DNA of 64,000 nt from Malacoraja senta (Eukaryota): NCBI GenBank assembly GCA_038087875.1, contig CM075992.1:2234001-2298000 (forward strand). Reading direction: 5' to 3'. The position numbers and the translations under genes are program-made. A model generated the notes under the pieces. That model was not told where the DNA came from. It saw nothing but the letters and a program-made list of their open reading frames with translations, and made no database searches. Every line of letters begins with the position of its first letter. Position 1 is the first letter of the stretch. Shown in pieces: positions 36,220 to 49,539 of this stretch.

Positions 36220-37250
36220 ACTCTTTCAAATATTTATCCATTCTTTTTATATATCTAATGATCTGGCTTCTGCCATCCTCTGGGGCAGAAAATTCCAGAC
36301 ATTTAATGGTTTAACTGATAGCAATTCAAGTTTTCACCTAGTTTTCAACGACTGACTCCTTATTTTACAGCCTTGTTGTGAAAACATCTAAACATCCACT
36401 ATGAAGCTCCCTGAGAACATGTATGTTTGACCAAGGCCACACCTTAGTCTTCTAAATGCTAAGGAATACAGTCCCAAACTATCAAGGCTCTCTTAATAGG
36501 ACAACCTGGTGAATCTCCTTTGGATTGCCTCTAATGCCATGATATCCTTTTTTTTCTTCTTTTATTTTAATAAATGGGACCCAAACTGTGGACAATATTC
36601 CAAGTATGATCTCATCTCTACGTATAACTGTAACAAAACCCATTCTTAAACTCTAACCACTTTTTGAAATAATGGCTTTTTTTTTTTTAAACTACACGTT
36701 GCACCTGCCTGCTAACCTTTTGAGATTCATGGACTAGAATACTATGTGCAGTTCTGGTCACCCCATTACAGGAAGGATGGGGAGTTATTGGAGAGGGTGC
36801 AGAGGAGGTTTACCAGAATGCTGCCTGGGTTAGAGCACTTCAACTGCAAGGAGAGAATGTTTTTTCTGCAATGGAGTTGAGGGGAGACTTGGGAGAAGTA
36901 GATATGATTATATTGAGAGACATAAACAGGGTTGACTGTCAATATTTTAGCCAGGGTGGAAATGTTCAACACTAGAGGGCATAGCTATAAGGTGAGAGGG
37001 GGGGGGGGGGTAGGGGGGGGAGTTAAATGGAGATGTGCAGGGCATGTTTTGTTTTTAATGCAGTGGTGAAGGCCTGGAAAGAATTGTAAGCGGTGGCGGT
37101 GGAGGCAGATACAAGGCGTTTAAGAGGCTTTTAGATAGGCACATGGAATTGCTTAGAACAGAGGGATATGGATCATGTACCGACAGATGAGATCAGTCTA
37201 ACATCTCATTTAACAGTGTCAAGGGGCCCATTCCTGTGCTGTACTGTTCC
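36220..37250. mobile_element. Two old CR1 fragments in opposite orientations (36220-36735 -, 36740-37250 +)
   Basis: The + copy has GTGCAGTTCTGGTCACCCCATTACAGGAAGGATG...GAGAGGGTGCAGAGGAGGTTTACCAG. Decayed reverse-complement motifs lie to its left. Confidence 0.65.
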
Positions 37251-39954
37251 ACATGTTCCAACACTTAAATTCCTCTAAACTTCAATCATATCCATTCCAT
37301 TTCATAATTCATAAGTGGTAGGAGAAGAATTAGGCCATTCGGCCCATCAAGTCTACTCTGCCATTCAACCATGGCTGATCTATCTCTCCCTCCTAACCGC
37401 ATTCTCCCGCCTTCTCCCTATAACCCCTGACACCCGTATTATCCATTTAGATAATAAGCCACCTCTTGATTCCTTACTTGAAGTGCATGACCTCAATCTT
37501 CCTCACATTCAACTCCATTTGCCAGGTTCTCAGCCAATCAATCTATCAATATCCTACTGCAGAATCACAATGAGTCCTAACATGCTTTGTGGTTAACAAG
37601 AATTTTAAACCATGTGTAAGGTCTTGCTGAAACCCATTTCTGTTCTGTTGGAGCTGCTCTTTTCTACAGATAAGAAATGAGACACAGCTAGCAGGCTTTA
37701 GGAATTTCTTGCCTGAACAAACAAAATAGAACTGCACTCGCTTGGTGCAGATATTACAGACATTAAGGATTGCGATAAACTACACACAAGGACAGATAAT
37801 ATGGCCATTTGGAGCTCAATAGTGTGGACCATCAAGCAAGTGACTGATAAACCGTCCCAAGAAGTTAACACCTACTGATCAATTATACTGAGAACCTGAA
37901 ATCTTGCTAATGGCTCCACCTACACATGGGTATGCATGCAGACTGCAATTGCGTTGCCATGCAGAAGTATCTCGTATACAATTGATGGGGAACATGAAGA
38001 AAACTAGATACAAGCATGCAATAAGGCACACAGAATGCCTTTACATTTTCTTAGCCAAACACTGCTCATGATCATTTGCTCTTCCATGGTTCATAGATAG
38101 TTTGCCACCAATATTTCCTGCAAATCAAGTAAATATTAGGATTGAGCTGAACTGTGAAAGTTTAATCTGCTCTCAATCAACTTCCACACAGGCGTTTCTG
38201 AAGGATCGGTAGGTCAATTGGCTCCAGTAAATCACTCTTGAATAAGTGGTGGGAGAATCAGGAAAGAATTGATGCGTGTGTAAAAAAATAAGGTGAAAGG
38301 AAATGAGTGGGGGATTGGGATTATTCCAAGTACCAGCATAGACTTAATCTGCTGAAATGATGAACTAGCTAAATATTAAATTAAATGTAGAAGCAGGGTC
38401 TAATTACCAGTTCAGTCTAACGTTCATAAATACCCCTCATTGAAAATGTTCTGATGCACCCCACTTTCACCACCACATTTCACACTCCTCACTGTTATAC
38501 TTCAGTCATGAGGGTTTCTGTAGGTGGATCACCTGTTCATTCTCTCTAGACACTGTCATGGGAAAAACTTTCTCAGGCAGTATAGAGGCATGACACTTCA
38601 TGGGCTGCAGAACTTTTTCCATGAAATTAAATGGGTTTCAGTCAAATAGAAGAGGCAGGTTTTGAAGTGTTAAAAGGGCAGATCAAAGTTAGATATTAAG
38701 AGGTGGCTGTTCCACGCTGAGTATTTGAACGCTGGAATAAGCCTCCATCTCATGGAGTGAACACTGATCACAGTATACTGGGTAGCTTCAAGTGTGACCT
38801 GTGCCTCTGGTCACCTTGGGCAAAAGGACATCAGTTCGAGGGGGCTGGATGAGGGCCATCAAGTCATGGCTTCTCTCACGATTACAAGGCTCTTTCTGAA
38901 ACCAACTGGTATCTATAATTACTAGTATCAATCTGCTAACGCATCAGAGTTAGTAATTACATATAATCGACACATCTTTGTACATAAACCACATCTAGGA
39001 CATGGAAATTCCCCCCTTTAAGTCTTCAAATTACTGCTAATTTTACACATTACATTCAGTGCACCTGGGTAGCTGAATTCTGCCACCAATCTCCATTCTC
39101 ACGCGTGACACACTTACCCCAAAACACTCAGCTTTAGGTCGACCTCGAGGGAGGAGTTTCAGGGTGTCCATGGGAACAGCGGGGTAATTCCTCCCACCAC
39201 CTTGCCTCCTCCCTGACCCCAGTTCTCAGCCTCGGCCTTTAATCTCCTGGCACCTTCCACTATCTCCCCTGGCACCTTCCACTCTGAATGGGGACCTTCA
39301 GGAAACATTCCACCCCCACCTTATCTGGAACAATCTTCCTGGTATAACACTGCCCCCCCCCCCCCCCCATTTCCCAAACTTAAACCTCCCCCCTGCTATG
39401 CTGTCCCCATCACCCAAGGCTCTGCATATGCAGCTGTTGTAATATTCAACGGCAATTTGTAACTCTTTCAGACTCTATTTAGCAAAATAAGATCACACGA
39501 CAGATGAGCAGAATTAGGCCATTCGGCCCATCGAGTCTACTCCACCATTTGATCATGAATGATCTATTTATCCCTCACAACCCCATTCTCTTGCCTTCTC
39601 TCCATAACCTTTGACGAGTTCTTGATTTGTAAGAACGTCAATCTCCGCTTTAAAATACCCAATGACGGCCTCCACAGCCGCCTGTGGCAATGAATTCCAC
39701 AGATTCACCACCCTCTGGCTAAAGAAATTCCTCCTCATCTCCATTCTAAAAGATACGTCCTTTTATTGGGAAGCTTTGCTCCCTGGATCTAGACTCCCCA
39801 CATTCATTCTATCTAGGCCCCTCCATATTCAGTAGAAAAATGCCCTAGTGTATATCCAGACAAGGTGGTGGGTTTAAAAGGAGCATCTGAAGGGATGAGA
39901 GGTCGAGAGTTGGGGGAATGGAAGTCCGGAGTTCAAGGCCTGGGTTCATACTTC

Positions 39955-40200
39955 ACTAACTTCAGATAGCCCTTGCCTTCCCTCTCTCCATCCCCTTCCC
40001 AGTTCTCCCACCAGTCTTACTGTCTCCGACTACATTCTATCTCTGTCCCACCCACTCCCCTGACATCAGACTGAAGAAGGGTCTCGACCCGAAACGTCAC
40101 CCATTCCTTCTCTCGAGATGCTGCCTGTCCCGCTGAGTTACTCCAGCATTTTGTGTCCATCTTTGGTTTAAACCTGCATCTGCAGTTCCTCCCTGCACAT
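39955..40200 (+). mobile_element. Penelope-like 3' terminal repeat with an intact minimal hammerhead core
   Basis: CTGAAGAAGGGTCTCGACCCGAAACGTC at 40071-40098, preceded by a pyrimidine-rich 3' UTR like that at 43987-44075. Confidence 0.75.
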
Positions 40201-40209
40201 AACGTTATA

Positions 40210-40443
40210 GACAATAGATAATAGGCGCAGTAGGCCATTCGGCCCTTCGAGCCAGCACCGCCATTCAATGTGATCATGGCTGATCATCCCCAATCAGTAC
40301 CCCGATCCTGCCTTCTCTCCATATCCCCTGACTCCACTATCTTTAAGAGCCCTATCTAGCTCTCTCTTGAAAGCATCCAGAGAACCTGCCTCCACCTCCC
40401 TCCGAGGCAGAGAATTCCACAGACTCACCACTCTCTGTGAGAA
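40210..40443 (-). mobile_element. CR1 LINE 3' end truncated by the assembly gap
   Basis: Reverse complement of the 44795-45028 sequence. Confidence 0.9.
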
Positions 40444-40643
40444 NNNNNNNNNNNNNNNNNNNNNNNNNNNNNNNNNNNNNNNNNNNNNNNNNNNNNNNNN
40501 NNNNNNNNNNNNNNNNNNNNNNNNNNNNNNNNNNNNNNNNNNNNNNNNNNNNNNNNNNNNNNNNNNNNNNNNNNNNNNNNNNNNNNNNNNNNNNNNNNNN
40601 NNNNNNNNNNNNNNNNNNNNNNNNNNNNNNNNNNNNNNNNNNN
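40444..40643. other. Assembly gap (200 N)
   Basis: Run of N. Different LINE families lie on each side, so the true gap size is unknown. Confidence 0.99.
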
Positions 40644-41593
40644 ATGGGACCTCCTGAAGTCAATAATCAGCTCCTTGGTCTTGGAGGTGTTTAGTGACAA
40701 GTTGTTATGAGCGCACCAGTCCGCCAGGTTCTGCACCTCCGCTCTGTATTTTGTTTCATCACCGTTGGTGATCAGCCCAATCACTGTTGTGTCGTCTGCA
40801 AACTTCACGATGGTGTTGGTGTCGAATGCAGGGACACAGTCGTGAGTGAAGAGGGAGTAGAGCATGGGGCTTAGTACACAGTCCTGTGGTGTGCCGGTGC
40901 TCAGGGTGATAGTGGAGGACAGGTGCGGGCCCAGTCTCACTGCCTGCGGTCGCTCCGTCAGAAAGTTCAGGATCCAATCGCATATCGGCTAGCTGAGGCC
41001 TAGCTGGTGGAGTTTGGTGGTGAGCTTGGTGGGGATGACCGTATTGAATGCAGAGCTATAGTCAATGAAGAGCATCCTCACATACGTGCCCTGTCTGTCC
41101 AGGTGAGTCAGGACAGTGTGAAGAGTCAGAGAGATGGCATCCTCTGTTGATCTATTTGCCCTGTATGCAAATTGATGGGAGTCCAGTGAGGCAGGGATGC
41201 TGGATTTGATATGGGAGAGGACCAGCCTTTCGAAGCACTTCATTGGGATTGGAGTTAGAGCAACCGGGCGGTAGTCGTTCAGGTTGGTGACTTTGGACTT
41301 TTTCGGCACCGGCACTATGGTGGCTGTTTTCAGGCACTTGGGGACCATTGCCAGAGATAGAGACAGATTGAAGATTCTCGTGAATACCTCCGCCAGCTGT
41401 ACAGCACAGTCCTTTAGTACCCTTCCCTGGACTCCATCCGAGCCTGCAGCCTTGCGTGGATTGATCCTACGCAGAGCGCACTGTACCTCCTGGGTGCTCA
41501 GTGTTAAGGCCTGTCCCTCCGCCATGGCCGGGGTTATTCCACTCCTGGTGGTGTTGCCAGTTTCGAACCGGGCAAAGAAGGTGTTTAGTTCGA
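40644..41593 (-). mobile_element. Rex1/Babar LINE reverse transcriptase fragment (disrupted)
   Basis: [81 protein letters not shown]; after a stop, [32 protein letters not shown]. Confidence 0.93.
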
Positions 41594-43069
41594 AAGATTA
41601 ACTAAACTATTTATAAGATGAATCCACCCCATTCCCATGCCTCGGTCTCTGTAGCTTTCCCATTATAGGCCCCACCAGTGAATGGTTGACTCGTAATTAC
41701 CCCTCCCAGCTCCCAACCTTCCGCTCTGTTTCTTTCTCTCCCCTCCTTGCTCGCTCTTAAAGGGACAGCCCGCTGTTAATGTGACAGACAGACACACAAA
41801 AAGCCGGAGTAACTCAGCGGGTCAGGCAGCATCTGTGGAGGGTAGGGACAGGCAATGTTTGGGGTCGGGACCCTTCTTCAGACAATCTGAAGAAGGGTGC
41901 CTATCCATCCGAGATGGTACACAAAAATGCTGGAGAAACTCAGCGGGTGCAGCAGCATCTATGGAGCGAAGGAAATAGGCAACGTTTCGGGCCGAAACCC
42001 TTCTTCAGACATACCTCATGCCTATCCGAGATGTCTTCCCTCCCCAGATGCTGCCTGGCCCGCTGAGTTCCTCCTGCACTTTGTGTTATGATATAAGATG
42101 TGTCTGTCTATTGCAGTGTCCACATTAATATCACCTTCCCATTATTGAACTAATCGGGAAAATGATTACTCCAGTAGAATATTCACTACCTACTCCATTT
42201 TTCACTCTCCCGCAAGTCAAGATAAAATATTCAAGAAGGAACTGCAGATGCTGGAAAATCGAAGGTAGACAAAATTGCTGGAGAATTGCTGGAGAAACTC
42301 AGCAGGTGAGGCAGCATCTATGGAGCGAAGGAAATAGGCAACGTTTCGGGCTTCTTCAGTCTGACAAGATAAAATATTCTTCCATTCCATTCCAGACCAT
42401 CTTTCCCACCCTGCTGGACCACAGGGGCACGGACAGCGAAACATTGAATCAGCCTTTTCAATACCGCGTGTTATTGAATTCATAGGTTGGAGGAGGTGCA
42501 GGTGAACCTCTGCCGCACCTGGAAAGACTGCTGAAAGACCGCGTGTTATTGAATTAATTGTCCCTCTATGCTGCACTGAAAGAGTCTTTCTCACACGTGA
42601 ACTACTCGTAACCCCGAACCAAATTAGGTCAGCTTCACGTGCTAATACACATATAGGTCTCAAAACCACAGAGCCTCAACTTTTTAATTGCACAGACAAC
42701 AGAAACCAACCGGGGCAAAAGTAAATAGACCACATCACTACCAATGATAACAACATCAACCTGAATCTTAAATATCCCACTGCCATTCATACAGATTTTG
42801 AATTCTCTGAAATATTAATAAAGGAACATTGAATTTGGAAAGTATTACACAGAGGATGCATTATACACAAAGGAGAACACAGGCTGGAGTGTGTTACACA
42901 TTGGACAATGCAGCCTAGAGTCCTTAAATAGAAGGTGAACACTCAATGCTTGTGGCCTTGGGGGAAGGGAAGAGATAATCAGCTCCCCTTGATGAAGCCA
43001 GGGAAAGCCCAGCATCATGAGCCTGCCCTGTGGGGAAAACAGACACTTTGGGACTTTAAACTTTAGATT

Positions 43070-43375
43070 TTAGAGATGCATTGTGGAAACAGGCCCTTCG
43101 GCCCACCGAGTCCGTGCCGACCAGCGACCCCCCCCCCCCCCCCCCGTACACAAACGCTATCCTACACACTAGGGACAATTTAACAATTTTACCGGCCAAT
43201 TAACCTGCAAACCTGTACACCTTTGGAGTGTGGGAGAAAACCGGAGCTCCCGGGGAAAACCCACGCAGGTCACGGGGAGAAGGTACAAACTCCGTACAGA
43301 CAACACCCGTAGTCAGGATCGAACCTGGGTCTCTGGCGCTGGAAGGAAGCAACTCTACCGCTGTGTCACTGTGTT
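43070..43375 (-). mobile_element. HE1-like tRNA-derived SINE
   Basis: Reverse complement of the 49548-49849 consensus-like copy. Confidence 0.85.
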
Positions 43376-43399
43376 GCCCAAACTGCACAGAGATAATTA

Positions 43400-44172
43400 C
43401 CAGCCGTCACATACAACAAATAATCCTCCGTCATTTTCGCCACCTCCAACGTGATCCCACCACTTGCCACATCTTCCCATCTCCTCCCCTGTCTGCTTTC
43501 CGCAGAGACCGCTCCCTCCGGAACTCCCTGGTCAATTCGTCCCTTCCCACCCGAACCAACCCCTCTCCGGGCACTTTCCCTTGCAACCGCAAGAAATGCT
43601 ACACTTGTCGCTTTACCTCCCCCCTTGACTCCATTCAAGGACCCAAGCAGTCTTTCCAGGTGCGGCAGAGGTTCACCTGCACCTCCTCCAACCTCATCTA
43701 TTGCATCCGCTACTCTCGATGTCAGCTGCTCTACATCGGTGAGACCAAGCGTGGGCTTGGCATTCTCTTCGCCCAACACCTCCGCTCGGTTCGCATTAAC
43801 CTACCTGATCTCCCGGTGGCCCAGCACTTCAACTCCCCCTCCCATTCCGAATCTGACCTTTCTCTCCTGGGACTCCACCATGGCCAGACTGAGGACCACC
43901 ATAAATTGGAGGAGCAGCACCTCATATTTCGCTTGGGCAGTTTGCACCCCAGCGGTATGTACATTGACTTCTCTAATTTCAGGTAGTCCCTGCTTTCTCC
44001 TCCCCTTCTCAGCTCTCCCTCAGCCCACTGGCTCCACCTCTTCCTTTCTTCTTCCCCCCCCCCCCACCCTCACATCAGTTTGAAGAAGGGTCTCAACCCG
44101 AAACGTTGCCTATTTCCTTCGCTCCATAGATGCTGCCTCACCCGCTGAGTTTCTCCAGCATTTTTGTCTACC
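43400..44172 (+). mobile_element. Penelope-like element, 5'-truncated: GIY-YIG endonuclease domain plus 3' terminal repeat
   Basis: PLSAFRRDRSLRNSLV..PCNRKKCYTC..FTCTSSNLIYCIRYSRCQLLYIGETKR..QH..PVAQHFN..EQHLIFRLGSLHPSGM shows a Cys-rich linker and GIY-YIG domain (Neptune-like). It is followed by TTGAAGAAGGGTCTCAACCCGAAACGTTGCC. Confidence 0.92.
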
Positions 44173-44544
44173 AGAGATAACTTTCCCCTGACTCTCAGAC
44201 TGGAAAAGGGTCTCAACCCAGAAATGCTGCCTGACCCACTGAGTCACTCCAGTTTTTTCTGTCTATCTTTAGTTTAAACCAGTCTATGCAGGTCCTTCCT
44301 ACACGGAGATTATTAGGCCACGAGGCTTTGTGTGAGACACATTCGGCTCTCTTGCTCACCCTTTGCCCCATTTGATCCCTGCAATTCTGAATGCATCTCT
44401 GGGCACAAACCACGTGGGTGCCCTCGATCTTAGTCCATGTAGCTCCATGTCCAGCAAATCATTCACCTGCATGTCAGGGGACATACACATGATGCACCTC
44501 CAACCAGTGGACACGCCTCTCAACTCTACCCATTATGATACAAT

Positions 44545-45030
44545 TCTAATTTACAAGGTTAATTCCCGGGATGGCGGGACTGTCATATGCTGAGAGAATG
44601 GAGCAGCTGTGCTTGTACACTCTGGAGTTTAGAAGGATGAGAGGATATCTCATTGAAACATATAAGATTGTTAAGGGCTTGGACACGCTAGAGGCAGGAA
44701 ACATGTTCCCGATGTTGGGGGAGTCCAGAACCAGGGGCCACAGTTTAAGAATAAGGAGTAAGCCATTTAGAACGGAGACGAGGAAACACTTTTTCTCACA
44801 GAGAGTGGTGAGTCTGTGGAATTCTCTGCCTCAGAGGGCGGTGGAGGCAGGTTCTCTGGATGCTTTCAAGAGAGAGCTAGATAGGGCTCTTAAAAATAGT
44901 GGAGTCAGGGGATATGGGGAGAAGGCAGGAACGGGGTACTGATTGGGGATGATTAGCCATGATCACATTGAATGGCGGTGCTGGCTCGAAGGGCTGAATG
45001 GCCTACTCCTGAACCTATTGTCTATTGTCT
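44545..45030 (+). mobile_element. CR1 (HER1-like) LINE 3' fragment
   Basis: ORF 44571-44942 ...FFSQRVVSLWNSLPQRAVEAGSLDAFKRELDRAL, with a CTATTGT tail. Confidence 0.92.
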
Positions 45031-45789
45031 AGGGGTGTCAAATGGAAAATGTGGTTGAGAGGGAAAGATAGATCAGCTATGTTAATGGCAGTGTTGACCC
45101 GATGGGCTGAATGGCCTAATTCTGCTCCTATGACTTGTATAATTAATCAGGTCTTCTGTAAACCATGTTTATTAAGTGTTCTCAGTTTGCATATGATATC
45201 AGTGCGATAAGGAAAGGCCCTAACTGTACAGAGATAACTAAACCATGAGGCTGACTGTGAAATAATACTGAAAGTGGACTCTATCACACAGGTACACAAA
45301 AATGCTGGAGAAACTCAGCGGGTGCAGCAGCATCTATGGAGCGAAGGAAATAGGCAACGTTTCGGGCCGAAACCCTTCTTCAGACCCTCTATCACACAGT
45401 CTCTCTTTGAGTTCGCTTCTGCACACAGCTGGCAACTCGTCTGATGAAAAGCAAGACACATTTTTTGCTTTTAAGATTGGTAGCAAAGGTGATGTCAGTT
45501 CCTGCCAACCATCTATGCGCACAGTTAAATAGAAATGTGCTCTTAACGTGAGACGCACTAGCCACAGTCTTTGTCAGATGCTGGTTTACACCGAAGATAG
45601 CCACAAATTGCTGGAGTAACTCAGCAGGACAGGCAGCATCTCTGGAAAGAAGGAATGGCTGACGTTTCGGGTCGAGACCCTTCGAATACCTACCTATTGG
45701 ACTTTATAACTCCAGTCTATCTTTTGTCTGTCCTACGCCTCCAAGCTGCTGACCCTCAACCGGGTATATGTCCCAAAGAGAATGATTCT

Positions 45790-46130
45790 GGACAGGATAG
45801 CAGTCCCACAGAGACTGACCCTCACTGCAGTACGGGCCAACAGTCACCAACCATCCTTGGGGAACAGTAGCCCAGTCAGAGACCCCTCCGATCATGCATC
45901 AGTCCCACAGACCCTGACTCACCTTGAGGTGCCATCACACTGATACCAACCCTTGCTGAGCAGAGGTCCCAGAAACACTGACTTTCTCTTGGGCCACTGT
46001 TCCATTGACACTGACACTCTCAGGGGTACAATTACTTAGACACTGCCCCACAGATACCAACCCTCACTTGGGTACTAGTCCCACGGACACCGACCCTAAT
46101 GGGATACAATCTCACGGGCACTGCGCCTCT
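45790..46130. repeat. Degenerate minisatellite (about 35-40 bp unit; resumes about 46710-46800)
   Basis: Recurring AGTCCCACAGA(G/C/T)ACTGACCCTC(A/T)C-like units. Confidence 0.55.
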
Positions 46131-47229
46131 CTGAAGATACCTTTACAACAGATGCCAACAATCTCTGGGACATACCAACAATCTCTGGGAGTCTGAAGAA
46201 GGGTTTCGGCCCGAAACGTTGCCTATTTCCTTCGCTCCATAGATGCTGCCGCACTCGCTGAGTTTCTCCAGCATTTTTGTCTACCTTCGATTCTCCAGCA
46301 TCTGCAGTTCCATCTTGAACAATCTCTGGGACATACTTCATTATTATTAATGTTTAATGTTTTATGTGTCATTCCTAACTGTCACTGTATGTCGTTGTCA
46401 CTTGCGGGCGGAGCACCAAGGCAAATTCCTTGTATGTGAATACTTGGCCAATAAACTTATTCATTCATTCATTCATTCATTCATTCATTCATTCAAACAC
46501 TACCCTTCTCTGACGATGGACACAAGTTGCTGGAGTAACTCAGCAGGTCAGACAGCATCTCTGGAGAAAAGGAATAGGTGATGTTACGTTTAAGAAGGAA
46601 CTGCAGATGCTGGAAAAATCGAAGGTAGACAAAAATGCTGGAGAAACTCAGCGGGTGATGCAGCATCTGTGGAGTGAAGGAATAGGTGACGTTACAGGTC
46701 GAGATAGCCTCTCTGATGGTACCGGTCACACAGATCCCACTCTCTGGCATACAGTCAGTTGGATTCTACCCCACAGATACCATTCCTCACTTGGATACAA
46801 GTCCGTGGCCAACAGCCCACTGTAGCATAATTACTTAAGAGTTGCTCCAGCATTTTGTGTCTTTTAAAGGGGTCTATCGTTCTTTTTAATTGTGTTGTGT
46901 TCTTTTAATTGTATGGCTGCATGGTAACTCAAATATCACCGTACCTAATGGGGCATGTGACAATAAATGTGAATCTGAATCTGAATCTGAACAGTTAAAA
47001 TAGTTAAAAAACAGACGGATGAAAATGGCAATGTTGATCACAAGGTTCAGTTCTAGAGCCGCCTTTATTCACTGTTAAAACCAAGGCTCAGATCAAAATT
47101 AGTAACTAAGGCCAGAACAAGAAACATAATTAGTTATCTAGAAGATGTTCACAAGACATAAATCAGGTTAGTATCAGAGGATGTAATTCAGCATCAGTGT
47201 GAGGTGATGCAGTTTGCTCAAACAAGATG

Positions 47230-49539
47230 CAGGGCTGCCAACTCTCACGCATTGAGCGTGAGACTAACGCATTTGAGGAAATTCTCACGCTCTCACGCTG
47301 ATGACAGAAGTTCTCACGCTCAAAAAAATATTTTTTTAAATGTATGAATAAATAAATAAAGTCACACTCCTCCACACTCACTAATGAGAATAGTTTTTGT
47401 CGGCGGGTTTCCTGTAGATAAGGTGCAATTTAATTGGCTTCAGCTCATCGCACACTATTTAAAATGGCAAGGTACACAAAAATGCTGGAGAAACTCAGCG
47501 GGTGCAGCAGCATCTATGGAGCGAAGGAAATAGGCAACGTTTCGGGCCGAAACCCTTTCTTCAGAATTCTTTAAAATGGCAATGCTGGAGAAACTCAGCG
47601 GGTGAGACATCATCCATGTCTGAGTTTGACCCGTCTTCAGACTCAAGCATTTCTCCAGCATTTTTGTCCACCGCTCTATAGATGCTGCCTCACCCGCATT
47701 TACATTCCCGTGCAGATGGTGTGGAAGGTGAGACACGGCCATGGTCCCAGCACTGACACCCTGAGGAACCGCTCACACCTCCCACCCTCACCTCCGGCCG
47801 CTCTGTCCACACCGCATGGAGTTTTACCACCGGCCTGGAGCCGGGAGCGGACCGGGTGAGTGGGGGCATCGGTGCCGCCTCCGGAGCCGCGGGGATGAAT
47901 CTCGGGCTATAGCTCCGCTCCGATGCCCGATCCCCGGGTCAATGACCCTCACCTCCCCCCCCCCCCCCGGGTCACTGACCCTCATCTCCCCCGGACCCCA
48001 GCTGGACACAGAGCACCTGGACCGGCCCGCATTCCTGGGGAGAGGGGGGGGGGGGGGAGAGGGAAATGCTCCCTGGGCATCGCCAAGTCTTCGCTCACTC
48101 CAGGTGTTGTCGCCACTTCACTGACACACGCTCTCACACACAACCTAACACACACTGACACACACAAGGTTTAAAGGGATATGGGCCAAATGCTGATAAA
48201 TGGGACTAGTTTAGATGCGGCATCTTGATCTGCATGAACAAGATGGGACGAAGGGCCTGTTTCCATACTGTAAGACTATGACACACTGTAGAAAGGATGC
48301 AATTGCTCTGGAGAGGACCCAGTGGTGATTTATGAACATATTGGCAGGGCTGGAATTTTTGTTTCACTTTGAAGAAAGATTTGATAACTGGAATTGTATT
48401 CTCTGCAGCAACGGAGGTGAAGAAGAGACTTTGTTGAGGTGAATAATATTATGAGAATAGGACCTGTTTCGCTTAATAAAGAGTGTAAGAAGGAACTGCA
48501 GATGGTGGTTTAAACTGAAGATAGATACTAAATGCTGGAATAACTCAGCAGGACAGGCAGCATTTCTGGAGAGAAAGAATAGGTGATGTTTCGGGTCGAG
48601 ACCTTCAGACTGAAGAGGTTGCAAACCAGCAATAAAACACAATGACTGGAGACGTGTGTTATCCAACTAAGGGCAGTAATCAGAATCATGTGTTCATCTT
48701 TATTGACGTGTCACCATAATAAATATTACAGAAAACAATTAATGGGGTGACACGGTGCCGCAGCGGTAGAATTGCTGCCTTGCAGCACTACAGACCCAGA
48801 TTTGATCCTGACTACGGGTGCTGGCTGTACAGTATTTGTACATTCTCCTTATGACCACATGGTTTCCTGTGGAAATTCCGGTTTCTCACACATCTGAAAG
48901 AAGTGCAGGTTTGTAGGTTAATTGACTTCTGTAAATTGTCCCTGGCATGTAGGATACAACTGGTGTATGACAGATTGTGGTCGGTGTCGACTTGGTGGGC
49001 TTTCCATATATATGTTTTACATATATGTTTTACATATATATCTTAATTTCATTGAACCATATACGGTTGAATATGTGGCATTATTTTCATCTTGTTTCTA
49101 TAGTCAAAGGGTAAGGTTAATTGATTTATTTGTGCAAATCAGTGATGGAAGTCTGACTCCTCTTGCCTTGTTTCTATGTTTTTGTTTCTCTATATATATG
49201 CATAATAGCTACATATGAATTATAATCTGATTTCCATAAATGAATATACTAAGATCATTCATGTGCTGCACCTGTTGATCAGAGCCTGGGCTCTACTGTG
49301 GAATGTATTTAGGAATGTAATTCAGCCTAACCTTATTCACACCTAATCCAATTTGAAGCATAAATGTTGCATTCAAGTGTAAGTTAAAAGTATGCACCAG
49401 ATTCCACAATTTCAAACTGAAAAATGCAAAAGCTTCCTACCATGGGAGGGGGGTACCCCCCTCCCACACCCTCCCCCCCGGTCGCTGCACTCCCTCGCAA
49501 TTTCTCACTCTCACCTCTCACCCAATGTTGGCAGCCCTG
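47230..49539. mobile_element. Putative hAT-type DNA transposon with 13-bp TIRs and nested inserts
   Basis: CAGGGCTGCCAAC (47230-47242) and GTTGGCAGCCCTG (49527-49539). AGATG on both flanks. TCTCAC subterminal repeats at both ends. Confidence 0.6.
47735..48120. promoter_or_regulatory. CpG/GC-rich island; possible promoter or first exon
   Basis: High CpG density. Donor-like GAG|GTGAGG on the minus strand (exon end 47792) and CGG|GTGAGT on the plus strand (intron start 47856). Confidence 0.35.

Noticed and set aside
40352..40694. ORFs spanning the N run
   Set aside because: These are artefacts of the assembly gap joining unrelated CR1 and Rex1 fragments.
43228..43986. 252-aa ORF as a host or domesticated gene
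   Set aside because: It is a chimera: the N-terminus is antisense SINE with a non-ATG start, and the rest is a truncated Penelope GIY-YIG domain lacking the RT.
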